From: a virus
Taxonomy: Duplodnaviria > Caudoviricetes
Reading direction: 5' to 3' (one strand)
DNA: 35,156 bases
Virus record (IMG/VR): IMGVR_UViG_3300044676_003227
Span: 1-35,156 of that record
The notes under the pieces were generated by a model. That model worked only from the letters and a program-made list of their open reading frames with translations, did no database searches and was not told where the DNA came from. Numbering within the stretch: position 1 is the first letter of the stretch; the number at the start of each line of letters is the position of its first letter. Of this stretch, positions 32,929-35,156 are shown in pieces. The position numbers and the translations under genes were made by a program.

Positions 32929-33366
32929 TCAGAATGGAGGCGCTTCTAAGTCATCAAAAGTATCTGGCACCCCTTGATTCTGCTGCGGAGGCGCAGAAGC
33001 ATAACCCTGCTGCTGTGCTGGCGCTAATTGTGATCGAGGCGCTTGCTGTTGCTGCTCCTGCTTTCCACCTATTAGCGTAATGTCATTGACATTGACCGCA
33101 AGATTTGACCCAGACTTGCCGTTACTTTCCCACTCATCTAAACTTGCCTCACCAGACACAGCAACTTGAGTACCTTTTGTTAAATACTGAGGCAAGCCGC
33201 CCTCTGCTCGCTTGCCCCACAGAGTACACTTGACCCATGTTGTTTTCTTTTTGTCGCCAAAGCCTGACTCTACTGCGACACTAAAGCCACAAACAGCCTT
33301 CTGACTTGGCGTATATCTAACCTCTGCATCGTTCCCTATCCTTCCAGTAAATGTGTAGACATTCAT
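32929..33366 (-). CDS. ssb: Single-stranded DNA-binding protein
   Basis: GRIGNDAEVRYTP, FSVAV, LTKGTQVAVSG; Q-rich linker and acidic DDLEAPPF tail. Confidence 0.95.
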   Translation of the reverse strand: MNVYTFTGRIGNDAEVRYTPSQKAVCGFSVAVESGFGDKKKTTWVKCTLWGKRAEGGLPQYLTKGTQVAVSGEASLDEWESNGKSGSNLAVNVNDITLIGGKQEQQQQAPRSQLAPAQQQGYASAPPQQNQGVPDTFDDLEAPPF

Positions 33367-33599
33367 TGCTTTTTCCTCTTTTTAAGATAATTAACTGCTT
33401 TTTCTGCATTATAGTCGTGCTCTCTAAGAGCGTACTTCATCTGCCCATAGTTTACTTTTTGCTCATCGGCAAGCGTGGCTATCGTGTATGTCTTGTTATT
33501 ATATTCAATCACCCTTGCTGTTGGCCCCTTTTTAAATCGCTCTGCCCCTAGAGCTGGCAGCTTTGCCTTTTCCAGTAGATCAGCCATTAGAAACGTCAT
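33363..33599 (-). CDS. Hypothetical protein, possibly DNA-binding
   Basis: IEYNNKTYTIATLADEQKVNYGQMKYAL helix-turn-like segment; ATGA overlap with ssb. Confidence 0.65.
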   Translation of the reverse strand: MTFLMADLLEKAKLPALGAERFKKGPTARVIEYNNKTYTIATLADEQKVNYGQMKYALREHDYNAEKAVNYLKKRKKQ

Positions 33600-33768
33600 T
33601 TCGCTTTCTCCTGCTATTTTCTTGTGCTTGCTTTTCTGCCGTGTATTCCTTAACGCTCATAGTGGCCTTAACCCACTCATTAAGCGAATCGCTAAACCTA
33701 AATATCATTCCATGCCGCCCTGTTTTATACAATAAGCCATTTATTTTAATCATCGGAAATATCCTCAT
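33580..33768 (-). CDS. Hypothetical protein
   Basis: 62 aa, overlapping both neighbours. Confidence 0.6.
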   Translation of the reverse strand: MRIFPMIKINGLLYKTGRHGMIFRFSDSLNEWVKATMSVKEYTAEKQAQENSRRKRNDVSNG

Positions 33769-34669
33769 TAGCCTTATGATAAGCTGAAGTTGCAGCCCGT
33801 ATCATTGTTTTTTCATCCATTGTAAACCAGCCGCCTTTTGTCTTGGCTGTCCACAGCGTTTCCTGTTCGCGCTTGTCGCACTCTACCCATAGCTGGCCTA
33901 ATCCAAGTAGATCATTATTCTCGATACAGTTAAGCATCTCAGCAGCAGTAGCTTCAAGCTGGGCAAACGGATCAAAGTCTGTCCCCTCGCCTTCATTGAT
34001 AACCTCTACAGCCTTGTGAAGCGTTTGGCTCTTATCGGTTTTCGGCCATTGCTTTGCGGCTCGCTTAATAATGGCTTTCTTAGCCATCTCATCTTCCCAC
34101 TTATCCCACACCATTTTAGTCTTGGCGCAGTCCTTGATCTTTAAAACCTCGTCCCAAGACATAACATCAACAATGTATTCATCTTCGCAGGTCTTAGCTA
34201 TACAATATACACCAACAGACTTCCCTCTATCACCAAATGGATTCATAGAGTGCTCAGGCTTCGTAAGCGGCCCCTTGTACTCAAATACATCATTCTCCTT
34301 AACTATCTCTGCCTTTACTAAGGAAATGGCTCCAGTGTCCGTAGCGGCCTTTACAAGCCCCTTGAAGGATATTCTTAGCTGGCACTCTTGCGCTCTGGTG
34401 GTTTTGTTGTACTCAGGCACTAAATAAGCGTACCCATCGGCAGGGTTAAGCGTAAGCCCTACAGCGGCGACATTGATAATTGCATTCTGCACTGTATGGG
34501 GAGCGCATTTAGCCAGTAAATCATTTTTCTGGATAGCCTGGATTGCAAACTGGCTTTCTTCTTCCCATGTAACAAGCTGATTTGCTCGGCTAATGCGCTC
34601 GAACTTTGGCATAGCCTCGTGTACGAGGTCGGGCCATCCTTTTACTGGCTCTGCTATTGCTGTACTCAT
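33746..34669 (-). CDS. recT: RecT-family ssDNA annealing recombinase
   Basis: GLTLNP..GYAYLVP, LRISFKGL, WEDEMAKKAIIKRAAKQWP. Confidence 0.92.
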   Translation of the reverse strand: MSTAIAEPVKGWPDLVHEAMPKFERISRANQLVTWEEESQFAIQAIQKNDLLAKCAPHTVQNAIINVAAVGLTLNPADGYAYLVPEYNKTTRAQECQLRISFKGLVKAATDTGAISLVKAEIVKENDVFEYKGPLTKPEHSMNPFGDRGKSVGVYCIAKTCEDEYIVDVMSWDEVLKIKDCAKTKMVWDKWEDEMAKKAIIKRAAKQWPKTDKSQTLHKAVEVINEGEGTDFDPFAQLEATAAEMLNCIENNDLLGLGQLWVECDKREQETLWTAKTKGGWFTMDEKTMIRAATSAYHKANEDISDD

Positions 34670-34797
34670 TTTCCTGCCTCCCGATAATATCTAATTCTAT
34701 TTACTTTTTCGGCCATTGGTAAACGCTTACCGCGCCTTGCCAACATTCTCTTATCCTGTTTATCTAGCTTAGTGCCTAAATGTTTAATGTCAATCAT
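34666..34797 (-). CDS. 43-aa basic protein (not in ORF track)
   Basis: MIDIKHLGTKLDKQDKRMLARRGKR...REAGK*; ATGA overlaps at both ends. Confidence 0.65.
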   Translation of the reverse strand: MIDIKHLGTKLDKQDKRMLARRGKRLPMAEKVNRIRYYREAGK

Positions 34798-35117
34798 AAT
34801 CTACCTTCCTCTACAGCATTTTTTCTAACAGTAAAATCACAAGGCTTAGAGCCGTCATCATATTCATAGCGCAGGCTGCTCATAAAAGCATCGTCTTCAA
34901 GCGCATCATCTTCTATGGACATGATTTCGAGCGGGTCAAGATCATTATAAATGTCTTGCTTTATTGTTATTGTTCCAACTGTAACCTCAAGCACAACGCT
35001 CTCGCATACAACTCTATCGAAGTCGCTATCAGTAGTGTCTGGCTCGTAAGACATTTCACACTCTGCGCGAAAGTCGTCGCCTAATACACCGCAATCTAAG
35101 TAAGTAATATATTTCAT
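34794..35117 (-). CDS. Highly acidic hypothetical protein
   Basis: 107 aa; AAGGGG RBS; first visible gene of the leftward arm. Confidence 0.75.
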   Translation of the reverse strand: MKYITYLDCGVLGDDFRAECEMSYEPDTTDSDFDRVVCESVVLEVTVGTITIKQDIYNDLDPLEIMSIEDDALEDDAFMSSLRYEYDDGSKPCDFTVRKNAVEEGRL

Positions 35118-35156
35118 TTTGTTTCCCCTTCGTTAATCTCAGAACCCATACTATAG

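Larger units (their letters stand above)
1..35156. mobile_element. Tailed phage genome segment (podovirus-like, P22-type tail/ejection module)
   Basis: Co-linear TerS, TerL, portal, scaffold, capsid, gp10-like tail hub, ejection proteins, tailspike and holin. No tape measure or sheath gene. Opposite arm has RecT and SSB. No host housekeeping genes. Confidence 0.95.

Overview
The whole window is part of a tailed dsDNA phage genome, most consistent with a short-tailed podovirus with P22-like tail and ejection genes. The host is probably a Gram-negative bacterium (lipoproteins, LydA-type holin, SutA-like motif). The + strand (1-29712) runs in this order: a 5'-truncated C5 DNA methyltransferase with a second subunit overprinted in another frame, a Ref/HNH-like nuclease, RusA, an accessory cluster (M15 peptidase, small ORFs behind repeated leaders, lipoprotein, alpha/beta hydrolase), TerS, TerL, portal, a polyvalent protein (LPD23 + zincin + ART-like), GroES, scaffold, gpT-like major capsid, HNH, virion and tail proteins, a gp10-like tail hub, four ejection proteins, tailspike and holin. 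The - strand (29709-35117) carries a DUF3310 protein, a metallophosphoesterase, a SutA-like protein, a lipoprotein cysteine protease, a second M15 peptidase, SSB, RecT and small ORFs. I saw no integrase, repressor, replicase, tRNA or CRISPR array. Most notable: the overprinted two-subunit methyltransferase; a polyvalent effector sharing an N-terminal module with an ejection protein; twin M15 peptidases in opposite arms, each bracketed by duplicated leader sequence; an HNH gene apparently sitting inside a terminator hairpin; and a recurring structured leader before structural gene blocks. All family calls are by-eye motif recognition, not database results.
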